Assembly: GCA_963766715.1 (NCBI GenBank)
Contig: CAVYBH010000015.1
Coordinates: 320,001-384,000, forward strand
Source of the DNA: an uncultured delta proteobacterium
GTDB lineage: Bacteria > Myxococcota > Myxococcia > Myxococcales > Anaeromyxobacteraceae
Length of the DNA: 64,000 nucleotides
Direction of reading: 5' to 3'
Positions 9,841-24,063 of the stretch are shown here, piece after piece; position 1 is the first letter of the stretch; every line of letters begins with the position of its first letter. Made by a program: the position numbers and the translations under genes. Under the pieces are notes generated by a model. It saw nothing but the letters and a program-made list of their open reading frames with translations. It searched no databases and had not been told where the DNA came from.

Positions 9841-11152
9841 GTGAACCGAGCGCCACCAAACAGCGACGTGCTCGTCCTGGGCGCCGGCCTCGCCGGCATC
9901 TCCGCGGCGTTGGCCCTGGGCGGGCGCTATCGCCTCCTCGAGCGGGAGGACCGGCCCGGGGGGCTCTGCCGCACCGACGTCCGGGACGGCTTCGCCTTCG
10001 ACGCCACCGGCCACTGGCTCCACCTGCGCGACCCGGCGAATCCGGGCGCTCGCCGAGGAGCTGCTCCCCGGCGGCTGGGTCTCCGTCGAGCGGCGGGCCG
10101 CCATCTGGTCCCACGGCGTCTTCACCCGCTACCCGTACCAGGTGAACACGCACGGCCTGCCTCCCGAGGTGGTGGCCGAGAACCTCCTCGGCTTCGTCGA
10201 GGCCCAGCTCGGGGAGCGGGGCCGCGCGCTGCGGGAGCGGGAGCCGCGCGACTTCGCCGAGTACGTCCTGCGCCACCTGGGCGAGGGGTTCGCCCGGAAC
10301 TTCATGTTCCCGTACAACCAGAAGCTCTGGACCGTGCCCCCCTCGGAGCTCGGCACGCGAGTGGATGGGGCGGTTCGTGCCCCGGCCGACGCTCGAGCAG
10401 GTGGTGCGCGGCGCCCTCGGCCTGGAGGGGGACGCAGCCGGGTACAACGCGCGCTTCCTCTACCCGCGCGAGGGCGGCATCGAGACCTTCGTGCGGGCCC
10501 TCGCGGCGCGCCTCCCGCGGGCGCCGGAGTGCGGCGTCCGCGCCGTCGCCGTCGACGCCGCCCGCAAGGTGGCGCGCCTCTCCTCCGGCGAGGAGGTCCC
10601 CTTCCGCGCCGTCGTCTCGACCCTCCCGTTGCCCGACCTGGTGGACCTGGTGGGCGGCGCGCCTCCCGCGGTGCGCGAGGCGGCCCGCGCGCTCCGTGCC
10701 GCCACGGTCACCTACGTCAACGTGGCCGCCCGCGACGTCGGTGGGCCACCCTGGCACTGGGTCTACCTGCCCGAGGCGCGCCTGCGCCCCTACCGCGTCG
10801 GCTCGGCGTCGGCCGCGGTCCCCTCGCTCGCCCCCCCGGCTGCCGGAGCTTCTACGTGGAGATGTCGGGCGCCGAGCCGGTGCCGGCCGCCGAGGCGGAG
10901 GCCGCCGCGCGCCTCGCCCTCCTCGAGCTGGGGATGATTCACTCCGAGTCCGACGTGCTCTTCGCGGAGGTCCGCGCCATCCCCCGGGCCTACGTGATCC
11001 ACGACCGCGCCTACGGGCCGGCCCGGGACGAGGTGCGCGGATGGCTCGCCGCCCGCGACGTGCTGGTGGCCGGCAGGAGCGGGAACTGGGAGTACTCGTC
11101 CATGGAGGACGCGATCCTGGGCGGCCGGGAGGCGGCGCTGCGGCTGAAGTGA
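9841..11152 (+). CDS. FAD-dependent oxidoreductase (protoporphyrinogen oxidase / UDP-galactopyranose mutase-like), frameshifted
   Basis: GAGLAG dinucleotide motif, GGLCRT, FDATGHWLH, PYNQKLW, FLYPREGG and GRSGNWEYSSMEDA across three frames. Confidence 0.8.
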
Positions 11153-11171
11153 TAAGCAATGGGCGGTTCCC

Positions 11172-11924
11172 ATGCCGCCGGGCGCGCCAGAGATCACCGT
11201 GGTCATTCCCGTCTTCGACGAGGAGGGCATCGTCGCGTCGGCCTGCCGGGAGCTCATGGCGGCCCTCGACGCGCGCGGCTGGGACTACGAGCTGGTCCTC
11301 TCCGAGAACGGGTCGCGCGACCGGACCGCCGAGATCCTCGCCGGCCTGTCCCGCCAGCACCCCCGGCTGCGCTTCATCCGCTCGAGCCAGCCCAACTACG
11401 GGATGGCCCTGAAGCGGGGGATCGCGGAGGCGCGCGGCCGCTGGGTGGTGGCCGACGAGATCGACCTCTGCGACCCCACCTTCTACGACCGGGCCCTGCC
11501 CCTGCTGAAGGCGGGCGAGGCCGACATGGTGGTGGGATCGAAGCGGGCGCGCGGCTCGGTGGACGGGCGGCCGGCCTTCCGGCGACTGGCCACCTGGGTG
11601 CACAACACCCTCCTCCGCGTCCTGCTCGGCTTCCATGGCACCGACACCCACGGCGTGAAGGCCTTCTCGCGCGAGGCCGTCGCCCCGGTGGCCTCCCGCT
11701 GCGTGGTCGACCGGGACGTCTTCGCGAGCGAGCTCGTGCTCCGCGCCGGCCTGGAGGGCAGGCGCGTGGTGGAGATCCCCATCGAGCTGCACGAGAAGCG
11801 CCCGCCTTCGATCGGGTTGCTGCGCCGCGTGCCCAACGTGCTCCGGCAGGTGGGGCGGCTCTTCTGGGTGCTCCGGGTGAGCGACCCGGTCCGGCGGGGG
11901 AAGCGCGTCGAGGCCGGGGAGTGA
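11172..11924 (+). CDS. Glycosyltransferase family 2 (DPM1-like)
   Basis: VVIPVFDE, ENGSRD, DEID, VVGSKR and DTHGVKAF. Confidence 0.9.
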   Translation: MPPGAPEITVVIPVFDEEGIVASACRELMAALDARGWDYELVLSENGSRDRTAEILAGLSRQHPRLRFIRSSQPNYGMALKRGIAEARGRWVVADEIDLCDPTFYDRALPLLKAGEADMVVGSKRARGSVDGRPAFRRLATWVHNTLLRVLLGFHGTDTHGVKAFSREAVAPVASRCVVDRDVFASELVLRAGLEGRRVVEIPIELHEKRPPSIGLLRRVPNVLRQVGRLFWVLRVSDPVRRGKRVEAGE

Positions 11925-12865
11925 AGGGACTCGCCTCCCTCTCCATCGACCTCGACGCGCTCGCGCACTACCACGCCATCCACGCCCTTCCGCCGCCGCC
12001 CCCCGGCCCCGACCCGGTCCACGGCCTGGCGCTCGAGCGCTTCGGCGAGCTCTGCGATCGGCTGGGCCTCCGCGGGACGGTCTTCGCCGTCGGCGACCGG
12101 CTCTCCGACCCCCGGGCCGCCTCGGGCGTGTCGGCGCTGGCGCGGTCCGGTCACGAGATCGCCAACCACAGCTTCTCCCACGACTACGCGCTCACCCGGC
12201 GGCACGACCTGGCGGTGGCCGACGAGGTGCGGCGGGGCGGCGACGCCGTGGAGCGCGTCACCGGGCAGCGGCCGGTCGGCTTCCGGGCCCCGGGCTACAC
12301 CCTCTCCGCGCCGCTCCTCCGCGCGCTGGCCGACCAGGGCTACCGCTACGACTCGTCCGCCTTCCCGGCGCTTCCCTACTGGCTCGCCAAGGCGGCGGTG
12401 ATGGGCGCGCTCTCGCTCGCCGGACGTCCCTCCGGCGCCATCCTCGACCGGGTGCGCGTGCTGACCGCCCCGCGCCGCCCCTACCGGCCGGATCGGTCCG
12501 AGCCGTACGCGCTCGGCGATCTTCCGCTGCTCGAGCTCCCCGTCACCACCGGCCTGGCGGGCTTCCCGCTCATCGGGACCTTCCTCGCGACGATGCCCGC
12601 TCCCCTGGCCCGGGCGCTCGCCACCGGGACCGGGTCGCTGCCCCTCTTCAACCTGGAGCTGCACGGCATCGACCTGCTCGACGCCTCCGACACCTCGGCC
12701 GCGCTGGCCGCCCGGCAGCGGGACCTCCACGTGCCCGCCGCGGAGAAGATGGCCCGGGTCGCCACCTTCGTCCGCTCCCTCGACCGCGAATGGGTCCCCC
12801 TCGCCGAGGCCGCCTCCCGGCTCGGAGCCCCCGACGCGGGGTCGGCACCGGCCACCGGGGCGTGA
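11921..12865 (+). CDS. Polysaccharide deacetylase (CE4) family protein
   Basis: GTG start overlaps the GT2 stop (GTGA). Motifs SIDLD, HEIANHSFSH, GFRAPGY and YDSS. Confidence 0.88.
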   Translation: MKGLASLSIDLDALAHYHAIHALPPPPPGPDPVHGLALERFGELCDRLGLRGTVFAVGDRLSDPRAASGVSALARSGHEIANHSFSHDYALTRRHDLAVADEVRRGGDAVERVTGQRPVGFRAPGYTLSAPLLRALADQGYRYDSSAFPALPYWLAKAAVMGALSLAGRPSGAILDRVRVLTAPRRPYRPDRSEPYALGDLPLLELPVTTGLAGFPLIGTFLATMPAPLARALATGTGSLPLFNLELHGIDLLDASDTSAALAARQRDLHVPAAEKMARVATFVRSLDREWVPLAEAASRLGAPDAGSAPATGA

Positions 12866-12877
12866 TAGATCGAGCCG

Positions 12878-13732
12878 ATGGCGGGCATCGGAGACGAGAT
12901 CCAGGACCGGCTCCGCCGGTGGACGCTGGAGCTGGGCGGCCCCGGCACCCGGGAGCGGCTCGAGAAGCTCACCCCGCCCCGCAACGAGTTCGGCGTCGAC
13001 CCCTACGGCTTCGACGTGGACTACCTCCAGGCCGCCGCCGCGCCGGTGCTCTGGCTCTACCGGAAGTACTTCCGGGTGAAGGCCTTCGGGCTCGAGCACG
13101 TGCCCAGCGAGGGGCCGGCGCTGCTCATCGCCAACCACTCCGGGCAGCTCCCCTTCGACGCGGCCATGGTCGAGGCGGCCTGCCTCGTCGACAAGGATCC
13201 GCCGCGCGCCGTCCGGGCCCTCGTCGACAAGTGGGTGCCCACCCTCCCCTTCGTCTCCACCCTCTTCGCCCGCTGCGGCCAGATCGTGGGAACGCCGGAG
13301 AACTGCCGGCGGCTCCTCTCGGCCGGCGAGGTGCTGGCCGTCTTCCCGGAGGGGACGCGCGGCCTCAACAAGCCGTTCGCGCGGCGCTACCAGCTCCAGC
13401 GCTTCGGGCTCGGCTTCATGCGGCTGGCCCTCGAGAACGGCGTGCCCATCGTCCCGGTCGGCGTGGTCGGCGCCGAGGAGCAGGCCCCGGCCATCCTCGA
13501 CCTGAAGCCGGTGGCGAAGCTCTTCTCCTTCCCCCACTTCCCCATCACCCTCACCGGGCTGCCGCTGCCCATGCCGGTGCGCTACCGCATCTGGTTCGGC
13601 GAGCCGATGCACTTCACCGGCAACCCGGACGACGAGGACGCCGTCCTGGAGGCCAAGGTGGCGCAGGTCCGGGACGCGGTGGCGGGCCTGCTCGCCCGCG
13701 GCCTGCGCGAGCGGGAGCACGTGTTCTGGTGA
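12878..13732 (+). CDS. Lysophospholipid/glycerol acyltransferase (PlsC-like)
   Basis: NHSGQLPFD (HX4D-like), FPEG and VPIVPV. Confidence 0.9.
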   Translation: MAGIGDEIQDRLRRWTLELGGPGTRERLEKLTPPRNEFGVDPYGFDVDYLQAAAAPVLWLYRKYFRVKAFGLEHVPSEGPALLIANHSGQLPFDAAMVEAACLVDKDPPRAVRALVDKWVPTLPFVSTLFARCGQIVGTPENCRRLLSAGEVLAVFPEGTRGLNKPFARRYQLQRFGLGFMRLALENGVPIVPVGVVGAEEQAPAILDLKPVAKLFSFPHFPITLTGLPLPMPVRYRIWFGEPMHFTGNPDDEDAVLEAKVAQVRDAVAGLLARGLREREHVFW

Positions 13733-14691
13733 GGAACTTCCCCGCCAGCGTCGCCATCACGGGCATCGCCGGAAACCTGGGGCGCAAGCTCGCCCGGGTG
13801 CTCCACGGGGAGACCCGCGTGGTGGGCTTCGACCGGCGCCCGCTCCGCGACCGCCCCAAGGACGTGGAGCACCACCAGCTCGACATCCGCAAGGCGCAGG
13901 TGGAGGACGTCTTCCGGCGCGGCGGGATCGAGGCCATCGCGCACCTGGGGCTGAAGCACGACCCGCGCGACGACGCCGCCGACGCCCACAGCTTCAACGT
14001 GGCCGGAACCCAGCGGCTGCTCGACATCGCCGCCCGCCACGGGGTGAAGAAGGTGGTGCTCCTCTCCAGCGCCAACGTCTACGGGCCGGCCCCGGGAAAT
14101 CCCAACTTCCTCCCGGAGGAGACGCCGCTGCTCGGAGCGGCCCGCCTGCCCGGCTACCGCGACCTCATCGAGGTCGACATGTACGCGCAGTCGTTCATGT
14201 GGCAGCACCCGGAGATCGAGACGGTCATCCTCCGGCCGGTGAACATCGTGGGCCCCACGGTCCAGAACGCGCCGTCGAACTACCTGCGGCTGGAACGGCC
14301 GATGACCGTGCTGGGGTTCGACCCGATGATCCAGGTGATCCACGAGGAGGACGTGTGCCGGGCCATCGCGCTCGCCCTGCGGCCCGGGATCCGCGGCGTC
14401 TACAACGTGACCGGCGCGGGCGAGGTCCCGCTCTCGGCGGCCCTGCGGGAGCTGGGGCGCGAGCCGTTGCCCTTTCCCCATTTCCTCGTCCGGACGGTCG
14501 TGAAGAGCCTCTTCGACGCCCGCCTCTCCTCCTTCCCGCCCGGCGAGGTCGACTACATCCAGTACCTGTGCGCGGTGGACGGCTCCCGCTTCGTCCGGGA
14601 CGCGGGGTGGAGCCCGCACTTCTCGATCCGCGAGACCCTGCGCAGCGTGCTCTCGCCCCGGCGCCCGGACGGCCCCGTCGGGGGTCCCTGA
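13729..14691 (+). CDS. NAD-dependent epimerase/dehydratase (extended SDR)
   Basis: GTG start overlaps the upstream stop. TGIAGNLG, SSANVYG and LRPVNIVG. Confidence 0.88.
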   Translation: MRNFPASVAITGIAGNLGRKLARVLHGETRVVGFDRRPLRDRPKDVEHHQLDIRKAQVEDVFRRGGIEAIAHLGLKHDPRDDAADAHSFNVAGTQRLLDIAARHGVKKVVLLSSANVYGPAPGNPNFLPEETPLLGAARLPGYRDLIEVDMYAQSFMWQHPEIETVILRPVNIVGPTVQNAPSNYLRLERPMTVLGFDPMIQVIHEEDVCRAIALALRPGIRGVYNVTGAGEVPLSAALRELGREPLPFPHFLVRTVVKSLFDARLSSFPPGEVDYIQYLCAVDGSRFVRDAGWSPHFSIRETLRSVLSPRRPDGPVGGP

Positions 14692-14752
14692 ACGCTTCGC
14701 TTAGTCGACGGGGAGGTCTATGCTCCCGATCGGGAGCGGTACCGGAGGTCCC

Positions 14753-15723
14753 ATGTCGACCCGTGCGCTCGTCCTCGCCATCGCCGGAGTGATCGCGGCC
14801 GGCTGCGCCACCCCGCCACCGGGTCGCCCGGTGACCATGCGCCCTCCTGCCAATCTGGCCGAGCCGGTTCCGGAGTTCGAGCGGCTCGGGGAGATCCAGT
14901 TCACGCCGGCGGGCACGGTCGGGGCCAGCGCCGCCTGGGATCGGCGGAGCGTTCGCGGACCCGCGGTGAACCTGACGCTCACCGACGAGGGGCTCTGGGG
15001 CGGCACCCTGCGAGACCGGGCCGTGCTCGTGCTGGCGCGCGGCGGGCGCATCACCGGCGAGGGCGTGGACCTCTTCGTCACGCAGGACGGGCCGGTGCTC
15101 CACGTCCAGGGGATGTGGTTCGGCAGCCTGGTCCGGGTGGACCTCGGGTCCGCGACCCTCTCCGCCTCCCCGGCCGCCGGAATCTGCGGCATCGAGCTGG
15201 GGCTCGCGCCGGACGGCCTGTGGCGAGGCTTCGGCGGGTGCGGCGGCGCGCTCGAGTCGATCTGGATGAACCTGAAGGGGCTGGCGGCCGATCCATCGGC
15301 GGAGATGCCCCAGTGGATCTTCGCCTTCCTGGCCATCCTGCCTTCCGCCCAGGTCTCGACCCTCGCGGTCCGCGGGACTCCGGTGATCGACGGAGCCGGC
15401 CTCGCCTGGTTCCTTCCGGCGGAGTTCCGGGGCGGCCGCCTGGCCCGGACCCATCTGGCCCTGCTCGAGGTACGACACCCGCCAGTGCGGCCCGCTGGGC
15501 TACGACATGGGCACGTCGAAGGACCTCTGGTTCCGGGGCGGCGCGGCGCCGGTCTCGGGGCAAGTCGAGTCGCGCGATGCGGGTGGCCGCCCCCGGGGCG
15601 AGGCAGGCCGGCTCCGGCGGGTCGCCGGTCCGGGTCACGGCGCCGACCGGGCGAAGCCGCAGCGGGAGCGGTACGGGCGAGCCGCACGTCGCCCGGGCGC
15701 AGCGCGCGCTGACCGGCGCGTGA
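14753..15723 (+). CDS. Hypothetical lipoprotein, paralog of 15755-16357, with a frameshifted C-terminal extension
   Basis: MSTRALVLAIAGVIAAGC lipobox. Shares GLWGG, GVDL, CxI[ED]L and PQWxFAFL with the next gene. The 3' end is uncertain. Confidence 0.6.
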
Positions 15724-15754
15724 AACCGGGCAGCGGCCGGGGTAAACCTGTCGG

Positions 15755-16357
15755 ATGCACCGGTCCCTCGCCTTCGCCGCCTGCGCCGCCCTCGCCCTCA
15801 CCGCCTGCGCCACCGCTCCGCGGGGAACGCCCGTCGCCATGGGCGCCACCCCGCCCACCGCGCTGGAGCTCGCCTCGACGTACCGCCCCGAGGGAGAGGT
15901 CTACGGCCAGTACGGCCGGGCCGCCGGCATCACCAACTCCTACGGGCGCTTCCGGGTGGTCGGCCCCACCACGAGCCTGTCCTGCACGTCGCAGGGACTC
16001 TGGGGAGGCCGCATCGGCGGCGACGACGTCCTGCTGGAGGCGAAGGACGGGCGGATCAGCGGGGCGGGCGTCGACCTCCGCGTGACGCGGGAGGGCGGGA
16101 GCCTGCTCGTGTCCGGGCTCTGGCGCCGCGCGCGCCTCGACCTCACCTTCACGGACGTGCGCATCCAGGGAACCATCGGGGGAGGTTGCTCGATCGACCT
16201 GCACCCCGGCCCCGGGACCTCCTGGCGGGGGCTCTTCGGCTGCCCGAACCCGGAGCAGGCCATGATCGCCCTCGAGGGCGCGGCCATGGAGGTGCCCGAC
16301 GTGCCGCTCCCGCAGTGGCTCTTCGCCTTCCTGGGCACGCTGCCGGAGGGGCCGTGA
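15755..16357 (+). CDS. Hypothetical beta-rich lipoprotein
   Basis: MHRSLAFAACAALALTAC lipobox. The stop overlaps the hslO start. Confidence 0.75.
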   Translation: MHRSLAFAACAALALTACATAPRGTPVAMGATPPTALELASTYRPEGEVYGQYGRAAGITNSYGRFRVVGPTTSLSCTSQGLWGGRIGGDDVLLEAKDGRISGAGVDLRVTREGGSLLVSGLWRRARLDLTFTDVRIQGTIGGGCSIDLHPGPGTSWRGLFGCPNPEQAMIALEGAAMEVPDVPLPQWLFAFLGTLPEGP

Positions 16358-17247
16358 AGGACCTCCTGCTCCGCGGGATCACCCGGCCCACCGAGCTCCG
16401 GGTGATCCTGGTCGAGGACACCGACCTGGCTCGCATGGCGCGCATGCTCCACGACCTCGCGCCCACGAGCGCGTCGATCTTCGCCGAGGCCCTCACGGCC
16501 GGCCTGCTGCTCGGAGCCCTCCAGAAGGACAAGAGCCGGGTGAACCTGTCGCTCGAGGTGGACGGGCCGCTCTCCGGGCTGCTCGTCGACGCCGACACCG
16601 AGGGAAACATCCGCGGGCGCGTCCGGCAGCCGGCCGTGCACTTCCCCGGCGACCCCTCGGTGGGCCCGCGCGCGGCGCTGGGCGGGTCGGGAACGCTGTC
16701 GGTGCTCCGGGACCTGGGAAGCGGAGAGTTCTACCGGGGCTCGGTGGAGGTGGTCCCGGGAACGCTCACCGAGAACCTGCGCCGCTACTTCGCGGCGAGC
16801 GAGCAGGTGGCCACCGCGCTCGACGTCCAGGTCCTCCCGGTGGGGAAGGAATGGCTCGGGGCGGTCGCGGGCATCGTGGTCCAGAAGATGCCGGAGGGCA
16901 GCCTGGCGTCCCTCGAGGAGGCCCGGGCCCGGATCGCCGCCGGCGCCTTCCGCGACGCGCTCGCCGGAGGGGCCAGCGACGAGGCGCTGGCCCGCTCGGT
17001 GGTGGGCGACGGGCTCGAGGTCCTGGCGCGCCAGCCGGTCTCCTACGTGTGCAACTGCTCCCGGGAGCGGGCCGTGAACGCGGTCTCGGCGCTCGGACCC
17101 GACGGGATCCGCTCGGTGATCGAGAACGAGAAGCAGGTGGTCATCGACTGCGAGTTCTGCAAGCGGCGCTACGTCATCGACGAGCCCGAGCTCTCCGCGA
17201 TCGCCCGCGGGCTCGAGGCCGGCGCCCCCGGGGGCGCCAAGGCCTGA
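16354..17247 (+). CDS. hslO: Hsp33 redox-regulated chaperone
   Basis: YFAASEQ, GIVVQKMP and the zinc centre CNCSRE...CEFC. GTG start at 16354. Confidence 0.9.
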   Translation: MKDLLLRGITRPTELRVILVEDTDLARMARMLHDLAPTSASIFAEALTAGLLLGALQKDKSRVNLSLEVDGPLSGLLVDADTEGNIRGRVRQPAVHFPGDPSVGPRAALGGSGTLSVLRDLGSGEFYRGSVEVVPGTLTENLRRYFAASEQVATALDVQVLPVGKEWLGAVAGIVVQKMPEGSLASLEEARARIAAGAFRDALAGGASDEALARSVVGDGLEVLARQPVSYVCNCSRERAVNAVSALGPDGIRSVIENEKQVVIDCEFCKRRYVIDEPELSAIARGLEAGAPGGAKA

Positions 17248-17277
17248 TCGCCCCCCTGCGGCGGGCCCGGCGCCCGC

Positions 17278-18039
17278 GTGATAGATTCCCCCGGCCCACC
17301 CGCCCTTTTCCCGGAGGCTCCCATCGCTCCCTCGAAGAAGCCGAAGAAGTCCGCGAAGTCCAGGACGGCTGGCCGTCCCGCGAAGGCCGTGAAGGCCGTG
17401 AAGGTCGCGAAGCCCGGCAAGGCTCCGGCTCCGCGCGCCGCCGCGAAGAAGGCGCCGGCGCGGTCCCGCAAGCGGGTCCGGGCCGAGCAGCCGCTCGGCG
17501 TCGGCGTCGGCGATGCCTGGGCCGTGGAGCGGCTCGGGGGGCTGCCGCCCGCCGCTCCCAGCTCGGCCGGCGGGGTCCGGGAGCTGACCTGGGTGGAGTT
17601 CGGCGCCGTGGTCCGCGACCTGGCCAGCCGCGTGTCGGCCCGCTTCCAGCCCGACGTGATCCTGGGCGTGGCCCGCGGCGGCATCTTCGTGGGCGGCGCG
17701 CTGGCCGCGCCCATGCGCGCCGACTTCCTGCCGGTCCGGGTGGAGAAGCGCTCGCGCGACCGGCGCGCGGTCCCCACCTTCCGCGTCCCCGAGGCCCGCG
17801 GCAAGCGGGTGCTGGTGGTGGACGACGTGACCTCCTCCGGGGCCACCCTCGGAAAGGCCAAGGCGCTGGCGCGCCGCTCCGGCGCGAAGGAGATCCAGGC
17901 CGCCGCGCTGGTCGTGCGCCCCGGCGGCTCCCGCCCGGAGTGGTTCGCCCTCGAGACCGCACAGCTCATCGTCTTCCCCTGGGACTACCAGCTGGACGCG
18001 AGCGGGCCGCTCGGGGACCCCGGCTCCGTCGGTGTTTGA
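17278..18039 (+). CDS. Phosphoribosyltransferase (type I PRTase) with a Lys/Ala-rich N-terminal tail
   Basis: GVARGG, PRPP-binding VLVVDDVTSSGAT and IVFPWD. The real start may be at 17323. Confidence 0.85.
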   Translation: MIDSPGPPALFPEAPIAPSKKPKKSAKSRTAGRPAKAVKAVKVAKPGKAPAPRAAAKKAPARSRKRVRAEQPLGVGVGDAWAVERLGGLPPAAPSSAGGVRELTWVEFGAVVRDLASRVSARFQPDVILGVARGGIFVGGALAAPMRADFLPVRVEKRSRDRRAVPTFRVPEARGKRVLVVDDVTSSGATLGKAKALARRSGAKEIQAAALVVRPGGSRPEWFALETAQLIVFPWDYQLDASGPLGDPGSVGV

Positions 18040-18045
18040 CTCCAA

Positions 18046-19998
<1,953 letters not shown>

Positions 19999-20002
<4 letters not shown>

Positions 20003-22542
20003 ACCCGTCCGACCTGCTCGATTCCCTCCCGGTGGCCGCGCTGCTCGTCCGCGGCGACGTCGTCGCCTACGCGAACCGCGCCGCCTGCGTCCTGATGGGG
20101 CTGCCGTCGGAGGCGATGGTCGGCAAGCGCTACGACACCTTCCTCTCGCCCGGCGAGGGGGACCGGGTCCGCGGACGCCGCGACCGCCGCCTGCGCGGGG
20201 TGGAGGAGCCCACGCTCTACGAGGTGAACGCGGTCACCGCCGCCGGCCGCGTCCTCCCGCTCGAGCTGCACGTCTCCCCGCTGGGCCCCGAGGAGCTCCT
20301 GCTCCAGTTCGTCGACATGTCGGCGCGCGCCGGGCACCTGGAGCGGCTGGAGGGGCTGGCCCGCCTGGGGGCCCGGGTGCAGCGCGAGCAGACGCGGGAA
20401 GGGGTGCTCGACGCCGTCGCCGGCGGCCTGCTCGAGCTGGGGCTCGCCTCCGTCCGGCTCCGCCAGGACGGGGAGTCGATGCTGGTCGAGCGCTTCGCCG
20501 CCTCCGAGCGGGTGATCGCCACGCTGGGCGCCGCCGGCCTCGAGGGCGAGCCCATCGGACGGAGCGTCCGTCCCCTTCCCTGGGCCTGGCGGGAGGGCGT
20601 CATGTTCATCGACGACGCGCCCACCGCGGCGGAGCGCATCGTGGGGTTGCCGGCCGGGATGCGGGCGGCGGTCCGCGAGGCGCGGCTCGAGCGGGCGATC
20701 GCGCTCCGGGTGGGCGATCCCGCCGAGACGGTGATCGCCGCGGTCGGCGACTGGATCGCGCCGGCCGACGTCCCCGCCTTCCGGCTCTTCGGGGCGCAGG
20801 TGACCGCGGCCTTGGCCTCGGCCGAGGCCGTGGCGGCGAGCTGGGGACGGAACCAGCTGGTGGAGGTGTCGGCGACGGCTCCCGGCCTCGCCGACTTCTT
20901 CGCCCGCGGCAGCGAGGTGGTCCAGGAGGCGCTGGCCTGCGACGGCGTGGCCATCTGGCTGCTCGACGCCGAGCACGACGAGCTCCTCCTCGGCCACTTT
21001 CGCGGGGAGTCCCCGGACATCCTGGCCCCGTTCTCCCGGATCCCGGTCTCGCGATCCCGCTACTTCGGACCGCTCCTGCGGGGCGCCCGACCCGAGCTGC
21101 TCTACCTGGACGACCTGGAGGAGCCGGAGCGCCGGGTCTTCGGCAGCGCCGGGTTCCAGAGCTTCGCCACGGTGCCCCTGCGCATCCGCTCCCGGGTGGT
21201 GGGGGTGATGACGGTCGGGTTCCACCAGCGCCGGGCCCCGCACGAGGGCGTCATCGGCACGATGCGCGGGCTGGCCGGACCCTTCGCCGCGGCGGTGGAG
21301 ACCCAGCGGCTCGTCGACGACCTGCGCCGGCGCGTCTCCGAGCTGGAGCTCATGAACGTCACCGCGGTGGCGTCGGCGACCATGAACATCCGGTCGATGC
21401 TCGGGGAGGCGCTGGCCCGCATGCTCCAGACCTTCGGGGCCGACGTCGGCGGCGCCTACCTCCTCGAGGGGGACGTGCTGGTGAACCGGGCGCTCGCCGG
21501 GGTGGTGGAGGCCGGCACCCGCGAGATGCTGGCTCGCCTTCCGGCCGGGCGCGGCGCTCCCGGCGAGGCCATGCGGACGCTGCGGCCGGTGAGCGTCGCC
21601 GCCATGTCCGACGGCTCCGACTTCACCCGCGGCCTGCGCGGCTCCGAGGGGGTCGAGACGGCGGCCGTCATCCCGCTCGTCGTCAAGAACCGGGCGCTCG
21701 GCCTCTTCGCGCTGGGGAGGCGGCGCCCGGTCCCCTTCCGCGACGTGGAGCTGCAGCTCCTCTCGGCCGTCGCCTCCCAGCTGGGCGTGGCCGTGGAGAA
21801 CTCCCGGCTCTTCGAGGACCTGACCCAGAGCTACGCCGACCTGGGACGGGCCCAGCAGCAGCTCGTCCACCGCGAGCGGCTGGTCGCCCTGGGCGAGCTC
21901 TCGGCCGTGGTGGCGCACGAGGTCCGCAACCCGCTCGCCGTCATCTTCAACTCGCTCGGCTCGCTCCAGCAGATCCTGCGCCCGGAGGGCGACGCCAAGA
22001 TGCTGCTCGGGGTCATCCAGGAGGAGGCCGACCGGCTGAACCGCATCGTCGGCGACCTGCTCGGCTTCGCCCGGCCCTCCGAGCCCGCCATGCGCGCCGA
22101 GCCGATCGACCGGGTGCTGGAGGAGGCGGTGGGCGCGGCGCTCGCCGGCGGGCCGGCGGGGATCGAAGTTCACCGCGAGTACGATACGAGGCTGCCCCCG
22201 GTCAGCATCGACCCGCACCAGGTCCGCCAGGCCCTGCTCAACCTGGCGTCGAACGCGGTGCAGGCGATGCCGCGGGGCGGGGTGCTCACCCTGCGCACCC
22301 GCGCCGAGGACCGGTTCGCGGTGGTGGAGGTGGCCGACTCCGGCCCCGGGGTCCCCGCCGAGCTCCGCGCCCGGATCTTCGAGCCCTTCTTCACCACCAA
22401 GGCCACGGGCACCGGCCTCGGCCTGGCCGTCGTGCGGCGCATCGCCGAGGGGCACGGCGGCTCGGTGGCGCTGGCGCCGCCGGGGGACGGGGGCGCGACC
22501 TTCGTGCTTGCGGCTCCCGCTCGCCCCCGCTTCCCGCGATAG
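19999..22542 (+). CDS. Cytoplasmic PAS + multi-GAF sensor histidine kinase
   Basis: GTG overlaps the selB stop. PAS (YANRAA), GAF-like segments, H-box AHEVRNPL, NAVQAM, DSGPG and FTTKATGTGLGL. Confidence 0.88.
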
Positions 22543-22572
22543 GATGGGCGAGCCCCACGGGTCCTCCCCGCC

Positions 22573-23985
<1,413 letters not shown>

Positions 23986-24063
23986 TCAGAACTACGCCCG
24001 ACGACCACGAACACGGTCCGTCTACCGCGAACACGCTCCGTCGATCGGAACCGCCCCCCGCGA

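Noticed and set aside
23988..24050. CRISPR-like array
   Set aside because: Only two good 18-bp copies with 2-bp gaps, no spacers and no cas genes.
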